Shown: one piece after another, positions 1 to 9,895 of the stretch | Layout: every line of letters begins with the position of its first letter | Numbering within the stretch: the stretch's first letter is position 1 | NCBI GenBank assembly: GCA_902825845.1 | Contig: CADECM010000005.1 | Location: 5,048 to 69,047, forward strand | Source: an uncultured beta proteobacterium | GTDB lineage: Bacteria > Pseudomonadota > Gammaproteobacteria > Burkholderiales > SG8-41 | DNA: 64,000 bases | Direction of reading: 5' to 3' | Notes under the pieces: model-generated | Database searches by the model: none | What the model was told of the DNA's origin: nothing | What the model saw: only the letters and a program-made list of their open reading frames with translations | Position numbers and translations under genes: made by a program

Positions 1-554
1 GCGTTGCGCCCTCGCTGCTGGAAGGCGAAATTACCGAGAGCGTGCTGATGCAGGATGTCAGCGTGGCGATTACCCGGCTGCACGAGTTGCGGGAGGTCGG
101 ACTGGAACTCGCGATAGACGACTTTGGTACCGGCTACTCATCGCTTGCCTATCTGAAACGTTTCCCGCTCAACGTATTGAAGATCGATCGCGCATTTGTC
201 AGGGACATTTTGACGGATACGCATGATTCCGCGATTGCCTCCACCATTATCACACTCGGCAAAACCATGGGACTCACCGTGGTTGCCGAAGGCATGGAAA
301 CGGTGGAGCAGGCCAATCATTTGCTGTCGCTGGGCTGTCGGCTGATGCAAGGGTATCTGTTTGCCCGGCCGGTGCCCGCGGCTGCATTTGCCGACATGCT
401 GCGCGACGGCATCGCCGCGCCGGCGGGACTGGACATTCAGCATGTCGAATCCGGCGTAGCGTTGCCGGCGCCGGACTGTTTCGCTCTCGCGCCGGCAGCC
501 GGCCATCAGCAACGGCCGCTTGCGGGCGTTGCCGCCGCCGGGCGCCTGTCCTGA
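1..554 (+). CDS. EAL-domain c-di-GMP phosphodiesterase, C-terminal part (5' end lies outside the window)
   Basis: The frame is open from the window edge. It reads EITES, then DDFGTGYSSLAYLKRFPLNVLKIDRAFV, then GLTVVAEGMETVEQ and QGYLFARP, all typical EAL-domain motifs. Confidence 0.85.
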   Translation, partial: VAPSLLEGEITESVLMQDVSVAITRLHELREVGLELAIDDFGTGYSSLAYLKRFPLNVLKIDRAFVRDILTDTHDSAIASTIITLGKTMGLTVVAEGMETVEQANHLLSLGCRLMQGYLFARPVPAAAFADMLRDGIAAPAGLDIQHVESGVALPAPDCFALAPAAGHQQRPLAGVAAAGRLS

Positions 555-577
555 CGGCGCCATCAGCCTTTGCGAAC

Positions 578-1552
578 ATGTCGATGCATTCAGCAAAAAT
601 ACAGAACCCGGCGGCCCTCGCACGCATGGCGCTGTCGATGCTGGCGAAGCTCAGCGCTCCGCCCACACCGGAGAATTACGCCCGGGAGTACAGACGCGCG
701 GCCGGAATGCCCGCATATGCCGTGGATGAGGCGCAATCGGCAACGTTCGAAAGCGCCGATACCCTGCTGTCGCTGATCAAGACGATCCGGCTGACCTCCG
801 CAGGACTGACCCAGGGCATCGAGCGTTTTGACGGGGATCTGAAGACAATCTTCGAGGATCAGGATCGCGATTACCCGCAAGGCGTTCGCGACCTGATTGA
901 AGAACTGGCCGCATCACGCGCCACCCTGCAGAAAAGTCTTCAACAATCGCATCGCGAGCTGGAAGACACGCGGCAGCGACTGGATCAAGTCACCTCGGAG
1001 CTGAAACTGAGCCGTTCTCAGGCCCGGATCGATCCGCTGACCGGCGCGATCAACCGGCGCGGAATGGACGAGATCGTCGAACGGGAAATGTCGCGCGCCC
1101 GACGCCTCCACACCGCCTTGTCCGTGGCCATACTGGACATCGATCACTTCAAGCGAATCAATGACGATCATGGCCACGAAACCGGTGATCAGGCGCTGAT
1201 TCAGCTTGTCGCCGCGATCAAGTCAGGACTCAGGGATGGCGATGTCGTGTGCCGTTTCGGCGGCGAAGAGTTCGCGATCATTCTGCCGAATTCAAGTGTC
1301 AATCGCGGCCTGTTCGTGCTCGACCGGCTGAGAGCAACGGTCGAAGCAACACCGGTGAGAATCGCCGACTGCCTTTTATCGTTGCGCTTCAGCGCGGGTG
1401 TTGCGGAACTGTCTGCCGGTGACGATCAGGATGCGTTCATCAGGCGCGCCGACATGGCGCTGCTTGCGGCGAAGCGCGCGGGTCGAAATCGCGTCTATGT
1501 CGGCCAGGCCGCTGAAACGGCCAGTGCGCCAAGTACTGCGGCTTGCGATTGA
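578..1552 (+). CDS. GGDEF-domain diguanylate cyclase with an N-terminal coiled-coil region
   Basis: Contains DPLTGAINRRG, LDIDHFKRINDDHGH and RFGGEEFAIILP (GGEEF active site). ATG start lies 23 nt after the EAL gene stop. Confidence 0.9.
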   Translation: MSMHSAKIQNPAALARMALSMLAKLSAPPTPENYAREYRRAAGMPAYAVDEAQSATFESADTLLSLIKTIRLTSAGLTQGIERFDGDLKTIFEDQDRDYPQGVRDLIEELAASRATLQKSLQQSHRELEDTRQRLDQVTSELKLSRSQARIDPLTGAINRRGMDEIVEREMSRARRLHTALSVAILDIDHFKRINDDHGHETGDQALIQLVAAIKSGLRDGDVVCRFGGEEFAIILPNSSVNRGLFVLDRLRATVEATPVRIADCLLSLRFSAGVAELSAGDDQDAFIRRADMALLAAKRAGRNRVYVGQAAETASAPSTAACD

Positions 1553-1863
1553 AGGTTCACGCCTGATCGGGTGCCGGTTGATTCGGCCCCTCGCTCCGCT
1601 CTCGCCACCCTTGGGCGTTGTCACCACCCGCAGGGCAACACATTGCCGCTCCACCGCTCGCAACCGGGTTGGCGGAAGACGGCCCGCAGCGTGGTGATAT
1701 GATTCTCTGCACCGACTAAGCTGCCACCAGCACGGCCTCAGACCGCTGTCCGGGGCATTCCACAAGGCGGTGAAACCGATGCACTAAAGGAGTGCCTTGC
1801 ACCGCATGCGCAGGGCAACAGCAGCACCGTAGTTCAACAATTAAAAGCAACGAGGAGAAAGCC

Positions 1864-2829
1864 ATGTACAAAATCGCTCTGATGGGCGCGTTGGTCTGTG
1901 CGCCAGCGCTCGCGGCAACGGATGCCGTGGCACAGAAGTATCCCGCCAAACCCATACGTCTGATGACACCGTTCGCCCCGGGCGGCGGCACCGACACGCT
2001 GGCGCGGCTGATCCAGCCCGACGTCGCCAAGGCACTCGGGCAATCGATCGTGGTGGACAACCGGCCCGGCGGCGGCGGTTCCATCGGCACCACACAGGCC
2101 GCATCCGCGGAACCCGACGGCTACACGCTGATCCTGGTCTCCGCCAGTTACAGCACCAACGAACTGTTGCACAAGTTGCCGTATGACACGATCACCGGTG
2201 TGCAGCCGGTCATCCTGCTCGGCGAAACCGGGTTGGTGGTCACCATGCATCCCTCAAGGCCCATCAAGAGCATTGCCGAACTGATTGCAAACATGAAAGC
2301 CAATCCCGGCAAACTGAATTTCGGCTCGGCGGGGCTGGGCGGCCTGGGCCATCTGTCGCAGGAACTGTTCAAGTACCTCACCAAAACGGAATTCACGCAT
2401 GTGCCCTACAAGGGCAGCGGTCCGGTGACGACTGCACTGCTGGCAGGACAGGTCGACTCCAGTTTCAGCAGCCTGGTGCCAAGCATCCCGCACATCAAGG
2501 CAGGCCGGCTGCGCGGCCTCGGCATTACCACGCCCAAACGCTCGCGCGCCCTGCCCGATCTGCCCGCCATCGGCGAAACCGTGCCCGGATTCGAAGTGGT
2601 TCACTGGTACGGCATTTGGGGCCCCAAGGGCATGCCGAAAGACGTCGTGACGTTATGGAATACCGAGGTGGCGAAAGTCGTGCGCTCCGAACGCATCGGC
2701 AAATGGTTCGAGCATGAAGGCATGGATGTGGCCGCAGGCCCGCCGGAGCAGTTCCAGAACCGAATCAAGAGCGACGTGGAGAAATGGCGCAAGCTGGCAA
2801 AGGACGCGAATATTGTTTTGCGGCAGTAG
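1864..2829 (+). CDS. Bug-family (TctC-like) tripartite tricarboxylate transporter substrate-binding protein
   Basis: The internal ATG at 1864 is preceded by GAGGAGAAA. Signal peptide MYKIALMGALVCAPALAA, then the family signature YPAKPIRLMTPFAPGGGTD and VDNRPGGGG. Confidence 0.9.
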   Translation: MYKIALMGALVCAPALAATDAVAQKYPAKPIRLMTPFAPGGGTDTLARLIQPDVAKALGQSIVVDNRPGGGGSIGTTQAASAEPDGYTLILVSASYSTNELLHKLPYDTITGVQPVILLGETGLVVTMHPSRPIKSIAELIANMKANPGKLNFGSAGLGGLGHLSQELFKYLTKTEFTHVPYKGSGPVTTALLAGQVDSSFSSLVPSIPHIKAGRLRGLGITTPKRSRALPDLPAIGETVPGFEVVHWYGIWGPKGMPKDVVTLWNTEVAKVVRSERIGKWFEHEGMDVAAGPPEQFQNRIKSDVEKWRKLAKDANIVLRQ

Positions 2830-3002
2830 CCGGCGAGTCTCGGGCAGCAGCGCGGGGTTTGTAGCCCGCCGCTATTTGCGGCGGGATACGAGCACCTATG
2901 AAGGGCTGCGGGAAAGCTCGGGCCGGAGCTGACGCAATGGCTGGAATCGACCCATACCGGCCGGCCAGTCCTGCTCATTAGCAGTCCATCAACAGCGCGC
3001 TT

Positions 3003-3497
3003 CTAGGCCCCTGACGAAGACTTTGCGATCTCGTCATGGAGCCTTTCAATGCAGAGGTCGCAGATCCGCGCATCATTGCCACCTTCGACCAAAAAGTTGG
3101 CATCGTGCAGCGAGCGATTGCAAAACGAGCAACGGTTTTTGCCTATCTGTACGTCGTGGTAAGCCAATGCGTCATCACGTGAGGCAGGATGCGCTATCCA
3201 CCTTGTTGAAAGCCCCGAATAGTAGTACTCAGCTCGTTCCTTTATCTCCTCAACCGACAAAACGGGTTCGGCCTCTAGCCCGTTCCATGCCTGCGCTGCA
3301 ATCACGCCCCATTCGCCGTCGCAGTGGAAAAGCATCAGGTCGTTCGTGTGCAAATCCTGGCAAATCGCCAGATGCGGTACGGCACCTACCCTTTCATCCC
3401 CTGCGTAGAGATGAAGTTTGCCGGTGTACGTCACCGACTCGTCGACAACTGCGTAATGCAGGACGTGCGCTGAATCAAGAACGGGCGGCGGTGTCAC
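3003..3497 (-). CDS. Hypothetical protein with a C-terminal ClpX-type C4 zinc-finger-like motif
   Basis: The C-terminus reads CSFCNRSLHDANFLVEGGNDARICDLCIERLHDEI. This has the same C-x2-C...C-x2-C spacing and flanking residues as the ClpX N-terminal zinc-binding domain. GC is visibly lower than in the neighbours. Confidence 0.6.
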   Translation of the reverse strand: MTPPPVLDSAHVLHYAVVDESVTYTGKLHLYAGDERVGAVPHLAICQDLHTNDLMLFHCDGEWGVIAAQAWNGLEAEPVLSVEEIKERAEYYYSGLSTRWIAHPASRDDALAYHDVQIGKNRCSFCNRSLHDANFLVEGGNDARICDLCIERLHDEIAKSSSGA

Positions 3498-3761
3498 TGC
3501 CAGGCACCTATCGTCGCAAGCTCAGCGACGGTGGCAACAAGGCGCGCCGACTGCAACCACGATGGCCCGATGCCGTTCGCCGAAGCGCATGCTTAGGTCG
3601 CATTGCCACCGTCAGCAACATACCCTCGACGACCATCGTCCCTTGCTCTTTCGTTGAAAGTTGAAATGCAACCGCGACCGGCCGCTCCTGGCCGCAAAGA
3701 GCCCGCCGATATAGATGTGAAAATCTGCTCCGCCGCAACGGAGCCAAGGTTGAAATGCGCG

Positions 3762-4592
3762 CTACGGGGTCGCGTGCTTGCGGATGAATTCTTTCATCCG
3801 GTCGAGCGCGCGCGCCGCATACGGGGCGTTCGGCTTGCCGGTCATGAAGCCGTGGTCGGCACCCTCGTAGATCTGCAATTCGGCTTGCCCGCCGGCCTTG
3901 TTGTAGTCGGCGACGAAGCTGCGCATCAGTTCCACCGGGACCCACTCGTCTTTGTCACCGCCAAATACCAGTGCCGGCGGCAGTGCGCATTTCTCGCCCC
4001 GCTTCAGCATCGTCGGCGGCGCCGCCTCGGCATGCGCCTCTTCGGTCAGCCAGAATGTGTTGTGGTGATGCACCAGCTCCTGTTTGCCGCCCTGCTTCGC
4101 CAGGTTGTAGCGCAGCAGCGGGTCGAGCACTCCCCAACCGGAGATCACCCACGCCTGCGTCGCGTCTACGCCGGCCGGGCCGGGCAGAATGGTGTAACGC
4201 GGATCCGTCGGCCGCATCGCGGCCAACAGCACCTGATGCCCGCCGCTCGAGGTGCCGAACGAGCCGACCCATTCGGAGCGGCAGCCGAACGACCGCGCAT
4301 TCGCCTTGAGCCAGCGCACGCCGAGGTTGATGTCCTGGATCGAGCCGGGATGAGGTGCCACCGGCGGCATGCGAAAATCGATCGAGGCGACGAAGATGCC
4401 GCTTTCAGCCAGCGCCTTGGCCATGAAGTCGTTGTCGGTGCGGTCCTTGCTGGTCCATGCACCGCCGTGCACCTGCAGTGCGGCGGGAAACGGCCCGGTG
4501 CCCGCCGGCCGGTACAGACGAGCCAGCATGCCGGGCTGATATTCGACATCCTCGATGGTGATGGCGGGACTGGCGGCGATCGTGTCGGGCAT
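3762..4592 (-). CDS. Alpha/beta hydrolase (esterase/lipase, hydrolase fold-3 type)
   Basis: Contains the HGGAW oxyanion motif, the GTSSGGH nucleophile elbow (GxSxG) and a C-terminal DHGF. The start at 4592 is preceded by AAAGGAGAAAGCC. Confidence 0.85.
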   Translation of the reverse strand: MPDTIAASPAITIEDVEYQPGMLARLYRPAGTGPFPAALQVHGGAWTSKDRTDNDFMAKALAESGIFVASIDFRMPPVAPHPGSIQDINLGVRWLKANARSFGCRSEWVGSFGTSSGGHQVLLAAMRPTDPRYTILPGPAGVDATQAWVISGWGVLDPLLRYNLAKQGGKQELVHHHNTFWLTEEAHAEAAPPTMLKRGEKCALPPALVFGGDKDEWVPVELMRSFVADYNKAGGQAELQIYEGADHGFMTGKPNAPYAARALDRMKEFIRKHATP

Positions 4593-4874
4593 GGCTTTCT
4601 CCTTTGGGGTCAGTGGGACGAACAGGAAAATCAATCGCTTTGCGTAACCGGACTGCGACTATATGGCCGTTCCGGAGGGCGGTCAATCGCACGGTGGAGA
4701 CGCGCGGTGGTGACGGAAAATGCCTCATTCACGATAGCTATTCAAGGCCTTGATTGGCACGAGTGGATCCACGTCGACGCAGTCTGATCGCCCCGCGCCA
4801 GCGGGAAGCCAATGCTGTAACGCGAACGCCGAGCTTACGGCACCAGGCGTCTGCTCAAGTCCTCGCGATTCGCC

Positions 4875-5141
4875 TCACTTCGCCTTCACCAGCAACTTCG
4901 CCAGCTTCGCCGCGTCGTCCAGCTTCTCCAGCACCAGCACGGTGTCGCGTATCGCCTCGACCTGCGGCAGCAGGAACACGTGACTGCCGAGCTTCGTGAG
5001 AATCAGCCGTTCGATGCGGCTGCGCACGGCGTCCGGAATTTTGTCGTGGTTCAGCCCGGAAACGAACTGCGCAATTTGCGTGTAGCGGTTGTCTACCTGT
5101 TCGGCCTGATGGCTGTCTGTGCTTGCTGCTGCGGTTGCCAT
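4875..5141 (-). CDS. Small hypothetical protein (88 aa)
   Basis: Intact ORF in a gene-free gap with GC-rich third codon positions. I recognise no family motif. Confidence 0.45.
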   Translation of the reverse strand: MATAAASTDSHQAEQVDNRYTQIAQFVSGLNHDKIPDAVRSRIERLILTKLGSHVFLLPQVEAIRDTVLVLEKLDDAAKLAKLLVKAK

Positions 5142-5200
5142 GCGTGGAATCTCCGTGACAATCGATTGCTTGATCGTTGATACGAATAAAATAATTATTG

Positions 5201-5218
5201 TTTAAAATCAATAGGTTA
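5201..5218 (+). repeat. AT-rich IHF-consensus-like motif, copy A
   Basis: TTTAAAATCAATAGGTTA. Lies in the divergent gap between the 4875-5141 gene and the PrpD-family gene. Confidence 0.8.
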
Positions 5219-5651
5219 TATTATACCGCCAGTGCATCCAACGTGATGGCGTGGATTCGGGTGGAACGTCTTGAATCGAAACGCCGCCACGAAACCGTCC
5301 CCCGCATGACCGAGGGCTGTGCCACCGCACCATGCGAAAGTGTAGTTGCGGAAATCGGCGCGCTCGATATTGACCGTCATGCTGAACCGCTTGCCGTGGC
5401 GATGCCGTCACCAGCAACAACGGTGAAGTCGTGTTCGAGCATGGTTATAGTGACAAGCGAGGGGCACTTGCGCAGCAGGCAAGCTCGACGTTTGTCTGCC
5501 GAAAAGACTTTACGTAATAATCGGCATTCGCGTCCATCGCGATCACCGAAGCGGCGTATTCTACGGTGTCGGGCGCGGTGCTGCTGCAGTCTGCACGGGT
5601 TCCAACCTAAGATTCTCCATCCGGCTGAACAGGCTTCAACAGGAAGACATC

Positions 5652-7010
5652 ATGGATGCTGCCACTGCCCACCTGGTCGATCACGCACTGCGGACGGACT
5701 ATGCCGCGCTGTCCGAACACACGGTGCACGAATGCAAGCGCCGCCTGATCGATACCATCGCCTGCGCAATAGGTGCCTACGATGAACCGCTGAGCCGCAT
5801 GGCGCGCGCGGTGGCGGCCCGCTGCACGGGAACGCCCTCCGCCAGCGTGTGGGGTTCGCCCGTGCCAAGCACGCCGGAAGCGGCGGCATTCGCCAATGGC
5901 GTGATGCTGCGGCTGGATGACATCAGCGACAACTACCGCGTGAAAAGCGGCGGCCATCCCAGCGACACCATTGCCGGTGTGCTGGCCGCGGGCGAGGCGC
6001 TGCATGCCGGCGGCGCATCGGTGATCAACGCCATCACCATCGCCTACGATGTCTACTGCGGCCTGATCGAATCCTTCGACATCAACAGCAAGGGCTGGGA
6101 TCAACCGGTCTACGGCGTGGTGGCGTGCGCACTGGGCGTGGGCAGGCTGCTCGGGCTTGACCGCGAGCAGATGGGCAACGCGGTGTCGCTGGCGCTGGTG
6201 CCCAACATGGCGCTGTTCGAAACTCGCGCCGGCGAAATCTCCAACTGGAAGGGCTGTGCCGGCGGCAACGCCTCGCGCAACGCGGTGTTCGCGGCCTTCC
6301 TCGCGCGTGACGGCTTCACCGGCCCGCCCGCTGCGCTCGAAGGCCGCTACGGGTTGTGGAACATCACCGGCCAATTCGACTGGGCGGTGTCGGTGGACGG
6401 CAATGCGCAACACCGCATCACGCAGACCCACATGAAGAGCTACCCGGTGTGCGGTCACGGCCAGTCCGCGGTGCAGACCGCCATTGAAATGCGGCCGCGG
6501 GTGCGCGTGGACGACATTGCGCAGATTCATGTCGACGCCTACCGCATGTCCGTCGAACTGATGGCGAATGAACCCTCCCGCTGGGCGCCGGCGACGCGGG
6601 AAACCGCCGATCACAGCCTGCCCTATGTGGTGGCGGCCGCGTTGCTCGATGGCGAAGTGGTGCCGCAGTCGTTTGCGGATGACCGTTTGCGTGACCCCGC
6701 GCTCGCCGCGCTGATGCAGAAGGTGACGGTGGCCGAAGACCCTGACATCAGCGCGCGCTTCCCGCAATCATGGTCAACCCGCATTCGCGTGCGCCATGGC
6801 GCGGGCGACGAAACCACGCATGAGGTGCGCCACCCCAAGGGCCATATCCGTGATCCGCTGAGCGACGCGGAACTGGAAACCAAGTTTCGCGGCATGTTTC
6901 GCGGCTTCGGCGGTGACGCCCAGTGTCACGCCGTGCTCGACGCCCTGTGGCAGTTCGAACATGCGCACGACGTCGCGGATGTGTTGACGCTGTTGCTCAG
7001 GCGTAATTGA
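5652..7010 (+). CDS. MmgE/PrpD family protein (2-methylcitrate dehydratase-like)
   Basis: The 452-aa length and an N-terminus of the pattern ...DYAALSEHTVHECKRRLIDTIACAIGA are typical of the MmgE/PrpD family. Confidence 0.88.
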   Translation: MDAATAHLVDHALRTDYAALSEHTVHECKRRLIDTIACAIGAYDEPLSRMARAVAARCTGTPSASVWGSPVPSTPEAAAFANGVMLRLDDISDNYRVKSGGHPSDTIAGVLAAGEALHAGGASVINAITIAYDVYCGLIESFDINSKGWDQPVYGVVACALGVGRLLGLDREQMGNAVSLALVPNMALFETRAGEISNWKGCAGGNASRNAVFAAFLARDGFTGPPAALEGRYGLWNITGQFDWAVSVDGNAQHRITQTHMKSYPVCGHGQSAVQTAIEMRPRVRVDDIAQIHVDAYRMSVELMANEPSRWAPATRETADHSLPYVVAAALLDGEVVPQSFADDRLRDPALAALMQKVTVAEDPDISARFPQSWSTRIRVRHGAGDETTHEVRHPKGHIRDPLSDAELETKFRGMFRGFGGDAQCHAVLDALWQFEHAHDVADVLTLLLRRN

Positions 7011-7908
7011 GCTTCAGCCCCGGCTCCGGCCATTGCATCACGCCCAGCCGCCCGCTGTCGGAAAGCGTGATGTAGGCGGTACGCATGTCCGGTCCGCCGA
7101 AGCAGATGTTGGTCGGATAACGATCGGGCATCTTCACCGCGCGCACGATGTCGCCGGCAGGCGAAATCTCGGTGATATAGCCGGTGCTCAGCGTCGCCAC
7201 CGCGATATTGCCGCTCGCCATCACCGCCAGGCTGTCAAAGCGCGCGTTACCGCCGAGCCCGGCAATGGTGCGCCCGCTGTGCGGCGCGAATTCGCTCCTG
7301 GGCCGCAATTGCCCGGGCCCGCGCACTTCGAACGCCCACAAGCGTGCGCCTTCGGTGTCCGCGACATACAGCGTGTTGCCGTCCGGCGACAGCCCGCAGC
7401 CGTTGGGGCTTAACATCGGATAGGCCAGCGTGATGATTTTCGATCCATCCGGCAGCGCGTAATACAGCCCGCCGTGGTCGCGATGCCGCGCATAGCGCTT
7501 GCCGAGATCCGTGAAGTAAAAGCCGCCGGCCTTGTCGAATACCAGATCGTTCGGCGCCGACAGCAGCTGGCCATCGGCTTCCTTGTAGAGCAGCGTCGCC
7601 ATGCCGGTTTTGGGATCGATGCGCTGCACGGAACCATACTTGTAGTCCGGATGCGGCCCCATGCCCATGGAGTGTCCTTCGACATAGCGGCTGCCGCCGT
7701 TGTTGCACAAATAGAAATATCCGTCAGGCCCGATCGCCAGACCGTTGGGTCCGCCGCCGCAATCGGAAAACACGCTGACCTTGCCGTCGGGCGTCACGCG
7801 CGAACAGCGGCCGTTGCGAATTTCCGTCAATACGATGGAGCCATCGGCACACACCACGGGGCCTTCCGGAAAGCCCAATCCACCTGCGAGTATGGAAACG
7901 TCGTCCAT
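6997..7908 (-). CDS. SMP-30/gluconolactonase/LRE family protein
   Basis: Contains GLGFPEGPV, PNGLAIGPDG, PNDLVFD and LSPNGCGLSPDGNTLYVADT beta-propeller repeats. The start at 7908 follows AAAGGAGAATG. Confidence 0.85.
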   Translation of the reverse strand: MDDVSILAGGLGFPEGPVVCADGSIVLTEIRNGRCSRVTPDGKVSVFSDCGGGPNGLAIGPDGYFYLCNNGGSRYVEGHSMGMGPHPDYKYGSVQRIDPKTGMATLLYKEADGQLLSAPNDLVFDKAGGFYFTDLGKRYARHRDHGGLYYALPDGSKIITLAYPMLSPNGCGLSPDGNTLYVADTEGARLWAFEVRGPGQLRPRSEFAPHSGRTIAGLGGNARFDSLAVMASGNIAVATLSTGYITEISPAGDIVRAVKMPDRYPTNICFGGPDMRTAYITLSDSGRLGVMQWPEPGLKLNYA

Positions 7909-7943
7909 GTTGGCATTCTCCTTTGTCTTGAGTGGGGGCGAGG

Positions 7944-8921
7944 TCACTCGATGCGGATATTGGCCGCCTTCACCACTTTGAGGTAACTGGTGATCTCCGA
8001 TTTGATCATGGCGCTGAATTCGTCAGGCGTTAAGACAAGCGGGACCATGCCGATGCCGTTCAACTTTTCCCGCGTGGCGGGTTGCGCCAGCATGGCGGCA
8101 ATTTCCGCCGACAACTTGTCGACGATCGCCTTCGGCGTGCGGGCAGGCGCAAGCACACCGTTCCAGGTCTTGACATCGAATCCCGGCAGGCCCGCTTCGG
8201 CGAAGGTGGGCATTTGCGGCAGCGCGGTCAGCCGCGTGCTTCCAGTCACCGCAACCGCCTTGAGCTTGCCGGCCTTGACGTGCCCAATGATGTTGACCGG
8301 CACTGAAAAGAACATCTGCACCTGTCCACCCATCAGATCGATCATCGCCGGTCCTGCGCCCTTGTACGGGATATGCTGCGTCCTGACGCCGGCCACCAGA
8401 TTGAATAGTTCCCCGGACAAATGGGTCGGCCCACCGGCGCCGGAGGAGGCAAAGTTGAGTTGCCCCGGCTTTGCCTTTGCCAGCGCAATGACCTCCTGCA
8501 CGGTGTTGGCCGGCACCGCGGGATGCAGCACCAGCACTTGCGGCGCGACACCGATGGTGGCCACCGGCGCAAAATCCCGGACCGGGTCATACGGCGTCTT
8601 TGTAATACTGGAAAGGATGGCATGGGTGGTCGTCGCCAGCACAATCGTGTGGCCATCCGGCGCAGACCGCGCGAGCGTCTCGATACCGATAATGGTATTG
8701 CCGCCGGGGCGGTTGTCGACGATCACATTCTGGCCCCAGCGTTCCGTGAGATGCTGCCCGACCAGCCGGGCCATGTACGAGGTGCTGCCGCCCGGCGCAT
8801 AGGGCGTGATAAACCGGATCGGTCGGTTCGGGTAACTCTGTTGTGCGATGGCGGCGCCCGCAAACGCCAGCGCCAATAGCGCCGCTAGTAACGTGACGGT
8901 CCGCGAATGCTGTTCGGCCAT
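7944..8921 (-). CDS. Bug-family (TctC-like) substrate-binding protein
   Basis: The internal ATG at 8921 gives a signal peptide ending AFAGAAIAQQ, then YPNRPIRFITPYAPGGSTS and VDNRPGGN. Confidence 0.9.
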   Translation of the reverse strand: MAEQHSRTVTLLAALLALAFAGAAIAQQSYPNRPIRFITPYAPGGSTSYMARLVGQHLTERWGQNVIVDNRPGGNTIIGIETLARSAPDGHTIVLATTTHAILSSITKTPYDPVRDFAPVATIGVAPQVLVLHPAVPANTVQEVIALAKAKPGQLNFASSGAGGPTHLSGELFNLVAGVRTQHIPYKGAGPAMIDLMGGQVQMFFSVPVNIIGHVKAGKLKAVAVTGSTRLTALPQMPTFAEAGLPGFDVKTWNGVLAPARTPKAIVDKLSAEIAAMLAQPATREKLNGIGMVPLVLTPDEFSAMIKSEITSYLKVVKAANIRIE

Positions 8922-9099
8922 GCCTGCTCCCTTGCAATCTGCAACGATAGTTCGGTTGGGTTTCCGGCGTAGCCTACCGCGACGGCGGCCGCTGCGCAAA
9001 GCCGCTGCAAATTCCCGTATTGCATGCGGACCATGGGTTGTTCTGACCGGCGCACCGTGCAAGAATTACAAGCATCTACTGCCTCAAAGGAGAAGCACG

Positions 9100-9885
9100 A
9101 TGCCCTGGATTGAAGCGAATGGTGCGAGTCTGCGCTACGAACTGAGCGGCACCGGGAAGGATACGCTGGTGCTGGTGCACGAGGCCGGCGGTTGCCTGGA
9201 CAGTTACGAGGACGCGCTGCCTGCGCTGGAAAAAGCGTTTCGCGTACTGCGTTACGACCAGCGCGGCTTCGGCTTTTCGGAAAAGGCGCGCGAACTCACC
9301 TTTGACATGGTGGTGGCCGACCTGGCGGGACTGCTGGATGCGCTGAAGATCAGCGGGCCGGTGCATCTGGCCGGCTGTGCGATGGGCGCCGATTTCTCCG
9401 TGGGGTTTGCCTCGCGCCATCCGGAACGCGTGGCAAAACTGGCAATCGCCAGCCCCAACATCGGCCACAACGGCCCGCGCAGCCCGCAAAGCATGGAGCG
9501 CGCGGCACAAGCCGAACGCGAGGGCATTCGTGCCGTGATGCAGGCGAGCCACGACCGCTCCTATCCCGAGAATCTGCGCGCGCTCGATCGCGAACGCTTC
9601 CGGCGCTACCAGGCACGCTGGGTTTGCAATACACCGGCGTCATTCACTGCGCAGGCGCGCATGATGAGCACCTCGGACCTCACACCTGATTACCCGAAGA
9701 TCAAGGCGCCGACGCTGGTCATCGGCTGCACCCACGATGCGCTGCGTCCCCCCGAAAAAGCGCAACAGGTGGCCAAGGCCATCGCCGGCAGCAAATACGT
9801 GGTGGCCGACACCGGACACTTCATGCATCTGGAAACGCCGCAGTTGTTCGTGGACACGGTGCTGCCGTTTTTCACCGGACGATAA
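9100..9885 (+). CDS. Alpha/beta hydrolase (enol-lactonase-like)
   Basis: The start at 9100 is preceded by AAAGGAGAAG. Contains VLVHEAGG, a LAGCAMGA nucleophile elbow (Cys or Ala in the Ser position region) and a C-terminal DTGHFMHLE. Confidence 0.8.
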   Translation: MPWIEANGASLRYELSGTGKDTLVLVHEAGGCLDSYEDALPALEKAFRVLRYDQRGFGFSEKARELTFDMVVADLAGLLDALKISGPVHLAGCAMGADFSVGFASRHPERVAKLAIASPNIGHNGPRSPQSMERAAQAEREGIRAVMQASHDRSYPENLRALDRERFRRYQARWVCNTPASFTAQARMMSTSDLTPDYPKIKAPTLVIGCTHDALRPPEKAQQVAKAIAGSKYVVADTGHFMHLETPQLFVDTVLPFFTGR

Positions 9886-9895
9886 AGGAAACGGC

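Noticed and set aside
2865-2885. Hairpin CCCGCCGC-TATTT-GCGGCGGG after the first Bug gene, considered as a terminator.
   Set aside because: No U-tract follows (ATACGAGC), so it is not a canonical intrinsic terminator. Left uncalled.
5607-6767. Long antisense ORFs opposite real genes. Examples: 5607-6767(-), 13229-14299(-), 17685-18467(-), 22198-23037(+), 33732-34733(+), 36607-37599(+), 57039-58691(-), 3603-4787(+).
   Set aside because: They are Arg/Gly/His/Ala-rich with no family motifs, and they lie exactly opposite ORFs that have clear family signatures. These are the typical shadow ORFs of GC-rich DNA.
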